From: Vicinamibacterales bacterium
Lineage (GTDB): Bacteria > Acidobacteriota > Vicinamibacteria > Vicinamibacterales > JAMQPK01
Direction of reading: 5' to 3'
Assembly (NCBI GenBank): GCA_963850725.1
Contig: CAWKMQ010000031.1
Span: 4,221-68,220, forward strand
Length of the DNA stretch: 64,000 nucleotides
The stretch's first letter is position 1. Each line of letters opens with the position of its first letter. The notes under the pieces were generated by a model that was not told where the DNA came from, ran no database searches, and saw nothing but the letters and a program-made list of their open reading frames with translations. A program made the translations under genes and the position numbers. Shown here piece by piece: positions 8,298 through 17,611 of this stretch.

Positions 8298-9512
8298 TCA
8301 TTCCTCGATGACGGGTTTTTCGGCCGTCAATGATGCCCCGCGCGGTTCCGGACGCCTTGCCCACGACACGAACGTATTGGGATGCGCTTTCCGAAAAGCA
8401 TTCGCCGCTTCCGGCGTGACCCTGGTTTCGGTGATGTAGAGATACTTCAGATGCGGCAGCTTGCCCAGCCGCTGCAGACCCTGGTCGCCAATCTGCGTGT
8501 ACGACAGGTCGAGATACGTCAGCGTCGGCATGCCCGCCAGCACATCGCCCGTCGCATCGTCGAGCGACGTGGCCGCAAAGAGATTCAGCCGATCGAGCGG
8601 CAGCGAGCGCAGCGTCCTCAACCCTTCCGGCGACAGACGCGCGCCGCTGATGTTGAGGCGCTTCAGGTTCTTCAGCCTGGCGAGCTTCGCCACGCCGAGA
8701 TCGCTGATCTGCAGCCCGCCGGTGAGCCGGCAGTTGCCGCCGCCGGGCGCCGCGGGCTGTCCACCCATGCCGAGCTTGATGCCAACGCCGAGATCGAGCT
8801 CTTCGAGGCCGCTCAGCAGCGAAATCGTGTCGAGATCGAGATCGGTGACGTTCGGCGTCCAGCACGCGCCGGCGTTGCGCCGCTGCACGCCATTCAGGCT
8901 CAGCGACTTCAGTTTCGGCAGCAGCTTGAGGAAGTTCAGGTTGAGCCCGGTGATCAGCGTCGCGCCGATCTTCAGCGTCTCGAGCTGGCTGAGATTCGGC
9001 AGGTTCTCGAGGCCCACGTCGCCGAGCATCGTGTAACTGATATCGAGGTAGCGCAGCCCCGTCATCTCACCCACATACGGCATGCCGGCGTCCGTGATAT
9101 CGACGCCGCGCACGACCAGCCGCTTCAGCGCGCGGTTCGCGCGCAGGTGCGCCATCGACGCATCGGTCAGGAACTCGGCCGTGTCGAGCGTGAGATCTTC
9201 GAGCTGCTGCAGCGCCTGCAGCTTCTTGATCCCCTTGTCGGTGACGTAGGTGAACGACAGGTCGAGCTTCTTCAGCGTCTTGAGCGCGACGATGAAATCG
9301 ATGTCGTTGTCGGTCGCCCACGTCCGTTCCAGCGACGCTTCGACGATGACGCCGCTCTTGTCGCGCACGACCCAGCCGCCACGCTGCTCGATTCGCTCGA
9401 GGGCATACGTCACCTCGGGAGAATCCTTCGTGGACGCCTGTGCCAGCGCATCGGTCGCGCTGCCAAGCGCAGCGGTCAACACCACCGCCGCAACGAATGC
9501 TCTGAGATACAT
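8298..9512 (-). CDS. secreted leucine-rich repeat (RNI-like LRR) protein
   Basis: Signal peptide MYLRAFVAAVVLTAALGSATDALA, then about 24-aa repeats LxxLxxLxLxxTxITDxGxxxL. The stop is 1 nt from the DUF1592 start. The ORF track start of 9545 would overlap the upstream gene. Confidence 0.85.
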   Translation of the reverse strand: MYLRAFVAAVVLTAALGSATDALAQASTKDSPEVTYALERIEQRGGWVVRDKSGVIVEASLERTWATDNDIDFIVALKTLKKLDLSFTYVTDKGIKKLQALQQLEDLTLDTAEFLTDASMAHLRANRALKRLVVRGVDITDAGMPYVGEMTGLRYLDISYTMLGDVGLENLPNLSQLETLKIGATLITGLNLNFLKLLPKLKSLSLNGVQRRNAGACWTPNVTDLDLDTISLLSGLEELDLGVGIKLGMGGQPAAPGGGNCRLTGGLQISDLGVAKLARLKNLKRLNISGARLSPEGLRTLRSLPLDRLNLFAATSLDDATGDVLAGMPTLTYLDLSYTQIGDQGLQRLGKLPHLKYLYITETRVTPEAANAFRKAHPNTFVSWARRPEPRGASLTAEKPVIEE

Positions 9513-9516
9513 GCGG

Positions 9517-11634
9517 CTATGTCCTCCGCCGTGCGCGGCTCGCATCGAGGCTCCAGTTGATCTCGGCCTTCGGCAGGGCCTTGCGAATGCTGTTGAACCC
9601 CTGTTCGGTCAACTGGGTGTGATAGAGATCGAGATACTTCAGATTCGTCTGGCCGGCGAGCCACGTCAGCGACTTGTCCGTCACGTCGGTCCGATCGAGC
9701 CTGAGCTCGGTAAACGCGTGATTGTTCGCGAGCAGCGCGAGCCCGGCGTCGCTCACCGGCGTGTAGTTCAGGTTCAGCGCTTCGAGCTTCGGCAGCTTCG
9801 CCACCCAGGCCATGCCCGTGTCGGTGATGCTCGTCTGCTCGAGGCCGAGACGCTTCAATCCCGTGAGCTTCGTGATCATTTCCAGACCGGGCTCGGCAGA
9901 CCGCGTGAAACTCAGGTCCAGATCTTCGAGCGCGGACAACGACGCGAGCGCCGCAATTCCCTTTTCGGTTATGTCCACCGACGTCAGGTCGAGCCGCTTG
10001 AGGTTCTTCAGGGCCGCGAAGTGCCCCGTGCCGGCGTCGGTGATGTCGGTATGGCGCAGGTTGAGCGACTCGAGGCCCGTCAACTGCGCCAGTTGTTCCA
10101 TGCCCTCGTCCGCGATTGGCGAATTCCCGAGATCGAGCTCGCGAAGGTTCGAAAGCGCCTTCAGCGACGCGAGGCCGGTACCTTCCACGAGCGTGCTCGG
10201 CATGTGAAGCGCGCGCAGATTCGTGAGCGAGGCGAGCATCGGCAGCGCATTGTCGCCGAGCAGCGTGTGCCCGAGGTCGAGGCGCTCCAGCGTGCGAATC
10301 GCGGCCAGTTGTTCGAGGCCGATTGTGCTGACCTCGGTATGTTGCAGGCTCAGCTGCGTCAACTGCGGCAGCTTGCCGAGCACGACGAATTCCCTGTCGG
10401 TAATCGACGTGCCGTTGAGAGAGACGGCGGTGATCTTGCCGTCGGCCATCTGCACCTTGCCGCCGATGGCGCGGAGCCATTCGCTGACGGCCGCGTCGCC
10501 CCTGGTCGCGACATCCGAGGCCGCCATCGCCCGCTTCGGTTCGCGCTGCGAAGACTCGAGCATGAAGAGCTCGGTTTTGGGCAGCTTCGCGGCCAGGTCG
10601 CGCACACCCGCGGTCGTCACGCGGCTGTAGCGCAGATCGACGGTCCGGAGATTCGTCAGGCCGGCCAGCTTCGCGAGGCCCGCGTTGGTCACCTTCGTCC
10701 GGTACAGGCTGAGCTCTTCGAGCGCCGTCATGCTCTTCAGCGCGTCGAGGCCGGCATCGGTCACATCGGCGCTTTGCAGGTTCAGGCGGCGCAGCTTCGT
10801 CAGCTTCGACAATGCCGCAAGCCCTTGATCGGTCATCGACACGTCCGACAGGTCGAGCTCGACCAGGTTGGTCAGATCGGAGAGGTTCTGGATGCCGGCA
10901 TCCGTGATGGACGTGCCGCGCAGATACAACCGCTGCAGCGTCGTCTTCCCTTTCAGGCCGGCCATGCCCGAATCGTTGAACGTGACCACGTAGTTCAAAT
11001 CCAGGTGCGTCAGCGGAAAGGCCGCCAGCGACATACCCGAGCTGCGCGTCTGGTGAATGCGTACTTCCTTGAGGTCGGGCAACGACGTGAGCGTCTTCAG
11101 CGCGAGATCGTTGAAGGGGATATAGGTCTGGACGGGCTTGCTCATCACGAACTTCTCGAGCTCTTTCGCTTCGCTGAAGAGCGCGATGGTGGCCTGGACG
11201 CGCGGCGCCGGCTGGTCGTACCAGAGCCGGCCGTTGATGTACAGCTCCTTGAGATGCGGAAGGGGCGGCAGTTTCCGCAGCTCGTCCTGTAACGACGCGG
11301 CGTACATCGTGATGCCGGTGAAGTTCAGCGTGTGTATCTGGAAGTCGGTCGTGGGAAGGTCGGCCAGATCGGTAATCGGCTTGCGCTGCCCTTCGAGCAC
11401 GATGCTGCCGCCCATGCGGAGCATCCACTCCGCCACCATGCGATCGGCAGCGGGGCCTTCAATCTTCGAGGGTCGGGGGCCCGCCACACCGAACGCCGGG
11501 CCTTCGACAGGTTTGCCGGGCTCTTCGGCGGGTTGCTGCGCCGCCAGGGCCACCGGAACGAGCATCGAGACAAGGAGCGCGGCAATCGCCTGACGCCCAC
11601 GAAATTTTCGGGGAAGCTTGTACCCAACGGTCAT
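9517..11634 (-). CDS. secreted leucine-rich repeat (RNI-like LRR) protein, two LRR modules
   Basis: Intact 705-aa ORF with a signal peptide. There are two modules. Each opens with a xxEWLxxxGGxV motif and is followed by many 24-aa LRRs (TDAGL/TDQGL). Confidence 0.85.
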   Translation of the reverse strand: MTVGYKLPRKFRGRQAIAALLVSMLVPVALAAQQPAEEPGKPVEGPAFGVAGPRPSKIEGPAADRMVAEWMLRMGGSIVLEGQRKPITDLADLPTTDFQIHTLNFTGITMYAASLQDELRKLPPLPHLKELYINGRLWYDQPAPRVQATIALFSEAKELEKFVMSKPVQTYIPFNDLALKTLTSLPDLKEVRIHQTRSSGMSLAAFPLTHLDLNYVVTFNDSGMAGLKGKTTLQRLYLRGTSITDAGIQNLSDLTNLVELDLSDVSMTDQGLAALSKLTKLRRLNLQSADVTDAGLDALKSMTALEELSLYRTKVTNAGLAKLAGLTNLRTVDLRYSRVTTAGVRDLAAKLPKTELFMLESSQREPKRAMAASDVATRGDAAVSEWLRAIGGKVQMADGKITAVSLNGTSITDREFVVLGKLPQLTQLSLQHTEVSTIGLEQLAAIRTLERLDLGHTLLGDNALPMLASLTNLRALHMPSTLVEGTGLASLKALSNLRELDLGNSPIADEGMEQLAQLTGLESLNLRHTDITDAGTGHFAALKNLKRLDLTSVDITEKGIAALASLSALEDLDLSFTRSAEPGLEMITKLTGLKRLGLEQTSITDTGMAWVAKLPKLEALNLNYTPVSDAGLALLANNHAFTELRLDRTDVTDKSLTWLAGQTNLKYLDLYHTQLTEQGFNSIRKALPKAEINWSLDASRARRRT

Positions 11635-11790
11635 GCTGGTCTCCGTGGTGTTGAGCCTTCAATTGTAGTGGAAAGGGCCTGTTTCGTGGGCGTTTTCAGG
11701 GGTTTTCGGGCGCCGGACAGCGTGCGTTTTTGTATCATTTTGTGGCGTGCGCTCGCCACGGTCTTTCGTCTTGGCTCGTACGCCTCGGCG

Positions 11791-12198
11791 TCATTTCCGT
11801 CGCGTGGCCATCGTCTCCTCTGCCGAAATCGACCAGTTGATGCCGTTCGATTCCACGAGGAGCTCGTACAGCCGCGGGTCGTCGCCGAACTCCACGCTGC
11901 CGCCGCCCGCGCTGCGGTGTTCGGCGATGACTTTCAGCACGCGTCCGCTGATGCCGCTGCGCAGCGTCAGGAGGAAGGTACCCGGCCGCGCGTTGTCCTT
12001 GTTCTGCACCGTCCAGTTGATGCGAAACGATCCCGACTCGCTCACGAATCCGAGCGTCGTGTTGCTTTCGCCGTTCCAGGACCCGAGCTGCCGGCTGGTG
12101 CTCGGTGCAGCGCGCTCGGCCGGGGGTTCGGCCGGCGCCGGCCGGCACGACGCTCCCGCCACCGCAAGGACGAGCAGCAGACGGCTCGAGAAAGCCAT
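11791..12198 (-). CDS. hypothetical lipoprotein (135 aa)
   Basis: Lipobox-like LAVAGASC after a hydrophobic N-terminus. Coding-like composition. No family recognised. Confidence 0.6.
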   Translation of the reverse strand: MAFSSRLLLVLAVAGASCRPAPAEPPAERAAPSTSRQLGSWNGESNTTLGFVSESGSFRINWTVQNKDNARPGTFLLTLRSGISGRVLKVIAEHRSAGGGSVEFGDDPRLYELLVESNGINWSISAEETMATRRK

Positions 12199-12228
12199 GT
12201 GGACGAATAGTACAGCGTGTTCGGCGCG

Positions 12229-14485
12229 CTAGAAGCGATAGGAGTACTGGAATTTCGCCGACACCTTGGTGTCCTGCGGTCTGAACCGCAGGCTGTCGTT
12301 GTCCTCGCCCTCTTCCAGTTCGTGTATCCAACCCTGGTTGAACGCGAAGAACAGGTCGCTGCCGGGCTCGAGCGTCCAGCGAATCCGGCTCTGCCACCCG
12401 AGGTTCCTCGATCGGTTGTCGAACTGAACGAGATTCGAGAACGAGAGCCGCGGCGACGCCGCGTAGTTGATGTTGGCGGTCATGATTCGGGCGATGAAAT
12501 CCCCTTCGGGCAGACGCGCGAACGTCTGGTTCGTGGAGAGGTTCAGCGTAAACCAGGGCGGCAGCTTGTAGGCCATCGACGCCGTCACCTGCTCGGCCTG
12601 GCCCGACCAGTAGTTGCCCCAGGTGATGCTGACGGTCCCCGAAAGCGGCCGCTTGGCCGCCGTCGCAAACAGGTTGTTCCGGAACCGGGTGAACCGGTAC
12701 TCACCGGGCAGGAGAAACACGCCGGGCGAGATTTCGAACGTCTCGAAGAGGCGCTCGTAGGTCGGGTTGAAATCGAGGAAGCCGTGCATGCTGTCGCCCG
12801 ACTTGAAGTGCCAGTCCAACCAGGTGACATACACATCCCAGCTCTCGACCTGGTCGTTGTCGAGCCTCGTGAACCTGGTGAAGTAGATGTCGTGGTTCAT
12901 CTGCAGGATGTTGAGGAACGACGGACGCGGGTTGTAGCTGGCGCCCGCCCGCAGCATCCGCACGTTGTCGCGCTGCACGAACCCGAGCGCGGGCTTGAAG
13001 TTCGACTGGATATCGCGCATGGCGAACTGCGCCAGATACCGGTCGTTCGGATAGTTCGCCGAGAAGCCGTACAGACCAGTCGTTGCCCGGCGCCGCCGGA
13101 TTTTCGCTTCGCACGCCGTAGGCGTTGACCACGAAGTTGCGCCGCCCGCCGAGAAACCGCGACGTGGCCAGGCGCACATCGGCGCCGTACACCCGCCCTT
13201 CCTGGCCCGACGGCCGGATTGCCGTCGGTGAAGATGGCGCCGACATACGACTGCTGGAAAATGTTGCGCTTGATGCGGCCGACGAAAAAATTCTTTTCTT
13301 CGGCGATCAGCCGGGCCCCGGTCTCCAGATCGCCCGAACGCACATCCAGCACGCCGATATCGGTCCGCCCGACGGTGCCCGTCAGCTTGACGCCGGCATC
13401 GATCGGCACTTCCTGGCCCGCCGACGAGGCCAATCTGCCGGCTGAAGAACGGGAACAGGTCTGCGCCGGTCGCGGGGATGCCTCCCGGCGTTTCCGGTCC
13501 GGTGCTGGCGAAGCTGAACACGCCGGCGCCTTCGAGAAAGAACGCGCGCTTCTCCGGGAACAGCAGCGAGAAGCGCGTCAGGTTGATCTGCCGCGCGTCG
13601 ACTTCGGTTTCGCCGAAGTCGGTGTTGAACGTGGCGGTCAGCTTGAGGCTCGGCGTGACGTGGTAGAAGAGATCGAGACCGGGCTTGCGGTTGAAGTCGT
13701 CGCCCTGGTCGCGGCTCAGCCGCAGCCAGCTCCCTGCGAGAAAGGGGCGCAGATCCAGCCCGACGCCCTGTGACAGTCCCGCGAGGCTGTTGATCTCGCC
13801 GGCCTCGGATACCTGAAGGAACTGCGTCTGAAGGCGCGCACCCGACCAGCGATCGTCTTCGAGCTTCCGATACACCATGCGCGCGATGTTGAAGCCCCAG
13901 GCTTCCTGTCCGGCCGGAAAGCTGAGGCTCTTGAAGGGAATCGCGAACTCGGCGACCCACCCTTCGTCGGTGCGGCGCGTCTTCACCTCCCAGATCGCGT
14001 CCCATTCGGTGTTCAGCTGGCCATTCGAGAACGCGAGGCCATCGACCAGCGCGCCGGCCGGATTGGTCGCGAAATAAAACGCGCTGCGCTGGTCGCGGAA
14101 CGTGTCGAGCAGGATTTCGATGCGGTCGTCCGCCATCAGGCTCGCGTCGCGCGCCATCTGGCTGCCGATCACGCGCTCGGGCTCGGAATCGTAGGCGATC
14201 ACGCCGATGTACAGATTGCGCTCGTCGCGTACGCAGCATCACGTCCGTGCGTTCGGTCGGCTGCTCGCCTTCGTCGGGCTGCCGTTGAATCAGGTCTCCG
14301 ATTTTGGAAGCCGTGCGCCACACCGGCTCGGTGAGCGCCCCGTCGACGTCAATCGGCTCCGATGTGATCGTGACGGTGGCCGTTCTCGGAGCGGTAGTCG
14401 TAAGAGGAGGAGCCTGCGGGGCACCAAAGGCGGACGGCGAGAAAACTCCGAACACCACCAGGGTTCCCAGGACACGACGAATCAT
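12229..14485 (-). pseudogene. DUF5916 / carbohydrate-binding family 9-like outer membrane-type protein, about 4 frame changes
   Basis: Signal peptide MIRRVLGTLVVFGVFSPSAFG (ATG at 14485). Pieces in ORFs 13382..14758, 12229..14202, 12897..13433 and 12701..13246 join colinearly. The C-terminus ...KVSAKFQYSYRF is barrel-like. Switches near 14205, 13430, 13200 and 13090. Confidence 0.75.
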
Positions 14486-14552
14486 CCGCGTAAGAGTGTA
14501 TCCGCATCGAGGACGCCGGATCGGTTGTCGCAAAATGTTCTCGCGCAAGGCG

Positions 14553-15611
14553 TCACGCGGCGCGTGGCGTGACCATGGCGACACCGAACCGCTCTGCCCA
14601 TGGTGTGAGGGCCGGCACGATGCCTTCGTGCAGCGCAATGCCTTCGCGAATCTGCCGGCGCCTGCGCGCGAGCGCACCTTCGCCGGGAAGCCGGACGGGC
14701 GGGTTTCCCGGCGCCACCGGCGTCGTCTGGCACAGCTCGACGAGATGGCGCATCTCACGCGTAAACCCCTCGCGGCCGCCGAACGCGTCGGGATCGATCA
14801 TCTGGAGGAAGACAGACGCCGTCCACGGGCGCGGGCGTTCCGATCGTCCGTGACCCGAAAGCGCCGACGTCAGGGTCTCCACAATCAGCGCGAGCGCGAA
14901 ACCTTTGTGACCGAGCTCGATGCCGCCGAGCGGCAGCATCGCGCCGGGCCTGTCGCCGGCCAGCACCCGCGGATCGTCGGTCGGGCGGCCATCCGCGTCG
15001 ACCAGCCAGGGGCCCGGCAGACGCTCGCCGCTGGCGGCCAACCGTTTGTTCATGGCGTTGGTCGTCGTCGAGGCACTGATGTCGATGAGAATCGGATCGC
15101 CGCCGGTGGGAAATCCGGCTGCGAGCGGATTCGGCGTGATGCGCGACTGCACACCACCGTGCGGCGTGACGCCGGCGGCCGCCGGATCGGAACACATCAA
15201 GAGCATGACGAGCCCGGCGTCGGTCACCGGTTTCAGATACGCCTGCAGGCAGCCGATATGGTGGCCCCGGCCGATGACAATCGTCACGACCGGATGCGCG
15301 AGGATTCGCGATCGTGCTTCGGCAATGGCTTGTTTCACGAGCCATTGACCGGGCAGCCGGTGGCCGTCCCACGTCAGCGCCGATCCGAGATCGGCCACCA
15401 CTTCCGGCTCCCCCGACGTCGCCATCAGCCCGTCTCTGATCTGTTCGAGATACCCGGCCAGCTGATCGAGCCCGTGCGTGTCGTGGCCCAGCAAATCGCC
15501 TTCGACCATGACCTCGGCCATCGTGGTCGCACGAGCGCGCGGCATGCCGGCCTTTTCGAGGAGTTGCGATGCAAAGAGGACGAGATCGTCGGCTCGATAC
15601 CGTTCGGGCAC
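14553..15611 (-). CDS. Ldh family 2 oxidoreductase (malate/L-lactate/ureidoglycolate dehydrogenase family)
   Basis: Intact 352-aa ORF. DTHGL, PNPLAAGFP and HKGFALAL motifs typical of Ldh_2. Confidence 0.9.
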   Translation of the reverse strand: MPERYRADDLVLFASQLLEKAGMPRARATTMAEVMVEGDLLGHDTHGLDQLAGYLEQIRDGLMATSGEPEVVADLGSALTWDGHRLPGQWLVKQAIAEARSRILAHPVVTIVIGRGHHIGCLQAYLKPVTDAGLVMLLMCSDPAAAGVTPHGGVQSRITPNPLAAGFPTGGDPILIDISASTTTNAMNKRLAASGERLPGPWLVDADGRPTDDPRVLAGDRPGAMLPLGGIELGHKGFALALIVETLTSALSGHGRSERPRPWTASVFLQMIDPDAFGGREGFTREMRHLVELCQTTPVAPGNPPVRLPGEGALARRRRQIREGIALHEGIVPALTPWAERFGVAMVTPRAA

Positions 15612-15623
15612 GGTGAGATTTTA

Positions 15624-16241
15624 TTACGAGGCGGCCTCTCGAAAATCGTCGCGCCAGGCGGCGGACAGAGCCGGGCACTGAGACAGCTCGCGCGCCGCGT
15701 CGAGATCCATCGCGCCTTCAGCGCTGTAGGCGACGCCGTTGACGGCTTCGATCGTCCACCGGGCAAAGGGCCGGTCGACGAGCGTCAGCGCGTCGCCGGT
15801 CTCGACCACACCCGGCTCGATCACCCGGAAGTACCAACCGGTTCGGCCGCTCTTGATGACGAGCTTCGGCATGTCGAGCCGATTCCAGCGGCGTCCGAGC
15901 TTCCAGCATGGCGCGCGGGGCTGCGAGACCTGCACGACGGCGGTGCCGACGCGGAACGTGTCGCCAATGGACACGGTCGATTCGCGAAGTTCCGAAACCG
16001 AGAAGTTCTCTCCGAACGACGCGGGCCCGCATTCCTCCACGCCGAGCTCGCGCCGCCACTCGGGAAAATGCTCGGCGGAGTACACGCACACGGCCTTGTC
16101 GGGTCCGCCGTGCACTTTCAGATCGGCCTGACCATCTCCATCGAGATTCCGCAGGGAAAGACGAACCGGTCCCGACACGGGACTCTTGAAAATCCCCGTC
16201 GTCCAGGGGTCGTGGCCGCCGATTTCCCGCGGCCGTCCCAC
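15624..16241 (-). CDS. MOSC domain-containing protein (YiiM-like)
   Basis: GDGQADLKVHGGPDKAV and QPRAPCWKL motifs. The conserved N-terminal LLSINVG continues upstream of the GTG start, but no start codon lies before an in-frame TGA inside the repeat array. Confidence 0.85.
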   Translation of the reverse strand: MGRPREIGGHDPWTTGIFKSPVSGPVRLSLRNLDGDGQADLKVHGGPDKAVCVYSAEHFPEWRRELGVEECGPASFGENFSVSELRESTVSIGDTFRVGTAVVQVSQPRAPCWKLGRRWNRLDMPKLVIKSGRTGWYFRVIEPGVVETGDALTLVDRPFARWTIEAVNGVAYSAEGAMDLDAARELSQCPALSAAWRDDFREAAS

Positions 16242-16269
16242 GTTGATCGACAGCAGACGAGGGGTACAA

Positions 16270-16435
16270 GGTTCGTGGGTTCGTCAAGTTCGTTGAGGTT
16301 CGTGAGGTTCGTGGGTTCGTCGGGTTCGTGGGTTCGTCGAGTTCGTGCGGTTCGTGGAGTCCCGTGACCGAATCGCGTGGGCCGCGACCTCACGAACCTG
16401 CGAACTCACGAACCCCACGAACCCACGAACCCAGG
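16270..16435. repeat. Second inverted short-unit array: about 10 units of GTTCGTNNN (16270-16357) facing about 5 units of ACGAAC (16388-16432)
   Basis: Read directly. Same core, unit length and orientation logic as 3065-3256. It fills the gap between the DUF1501 stop (16441) and the MOSC start (16241). Confidence 0.9.
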
Positions 16436-16440
16436 TTCTT

Positions 16441-17611
16441 TCACCCCATTAATTCATAAGTGCCGCGGACGGCGGTGGAACCGGGAAAGACGCGGTCGGC
16501 TTGCGCCGGCGTCAGATCGAATGCCGCCGCGATCGCGCCTTTCAGCACCGCGCGCGTATCGAGCGTCGGCTTGAGATCGCGTCCCTCGAACAGCGCACGA
16601 TCGCCAAGGCCGGGCCAGTCGGAGAACACGGTCGAGCGCGCGACCTTCGGACCGATCACGAACCCGGCGCCCGCGGTGCCGTGATCCGTTCCGCGCGTGC
16701 CATTCGGGCGCGCCGTGCGTCCGAACTCGGTCATGACGACCACGGTCGTGTTCGACCACGCCGGCCCCATGTCGGTGCGAAGCGCCATCAATCCTTCCGC
16801 GAGCTGGCCGAGCAGCCGATCGAGCGCACCTCCCGCCATGCCCTGGTTCGCATGCGTATCCCAGCCGCTGAATTCTACTGCGGCGATGTTCGGGCCGCCG
16901 TCCTGACGCAGGATCTTGGCTGTGGCGCGCATGAGCGGCGTGATGCCCCCGCGCCGTGCGTTGCCGCCGGCCATCGGTTCTTCGCCGACGAGGTCCTGCT
17001 GCTGCACCGCGGCTTCAAATCGTCCGTACAAGACCTTGTCGGTGCGATACAGCGACGACAGACGATCGAGATAGGCATCGCTGACAGCCCCGAGCTGTGT
17101 GGGCGACCACGTCTGCACGTTGAACGATCCGGTGAGCGACCGCGGCATGCCCGAAGCGATCGCGATGCCCGAGCGCTCCCCTGGCATCACCTGAAGCAGC
17201 CGATTGAGCCAGCCATCGGACGATCCGACAGGCCGATCGATGCCGGTTTCGAGAATGGCCTGGCCGTCGAAATGGCTTCGCGTGCGGTACGGAATCGCCA
17301 TCGCGTGCAGAACCACGAGCTCGTTCTGTTGCCACAGCTCTCGCATCGGCGCCAGGCCGGGCGCCAGACCGAACGTGTCGTTCAATTCCGCCAGCTCCGA
17401 TTCCTCGAACGCGAACGCGCCTCTGAGGGATCGATACGAGGGATCGCCAAACGGCACCACGGCCGCGAGTCCGTCGAAACCTCCGCGAAGGAGGACGAAG
17501 ACGAACCGGCCGCCTTGCTTCACCTGCGCGAAGTTGACGACGGGAAAGCCGAACGTCGCGATGCCGCCGAGGCACATGTTGCGAACGAAGGTGCGGCGGT
17601 TCAGTGGTCAT
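16441..17611 (-). CDS. DUF1501 domain-containing protein (sulfatase-like fold, Tat signal), one frame change right after the start
   Basis: ORF 16441..17577 plus upstream NRRTFVRNMCLGG in the same frame, preceded by a TGA. The ATG at 17611 (MTT...) is in another frame and overlaps the DUF1800 stop as ATGA. This implies a 1-nt indel near 17600. Confidence 0.85.

Noticed and set aside
10141-10160. A GGTTCGAAAGC string reminiscent of a tRNA T-arm.
   Set aside because: It lies inside the intact LRR gene and has no surrounding cloverleaf complementarity. I found no tRNA-like structure anywhere in the window.
4973-11428. Very long ORFs antisense to, or out of frame with, the called genes. Examples: 4973..6274 +, 6635..8311 +, 8382..9560 +, 9250..11292 +, 9476..11428 -. 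The same is seen elsewhere: 27009..28649 +, 29178..30860 +, 48300..49922 -, 50000..51151 -, 60805..62409 -.
   Set aside because: Their translations are Arg/Ala/Gly/Pro-rich with no recognisable motifs, as expected for shadow frames of high-GC coding DNA. The opposite or alternative frame carries clear family signatures.
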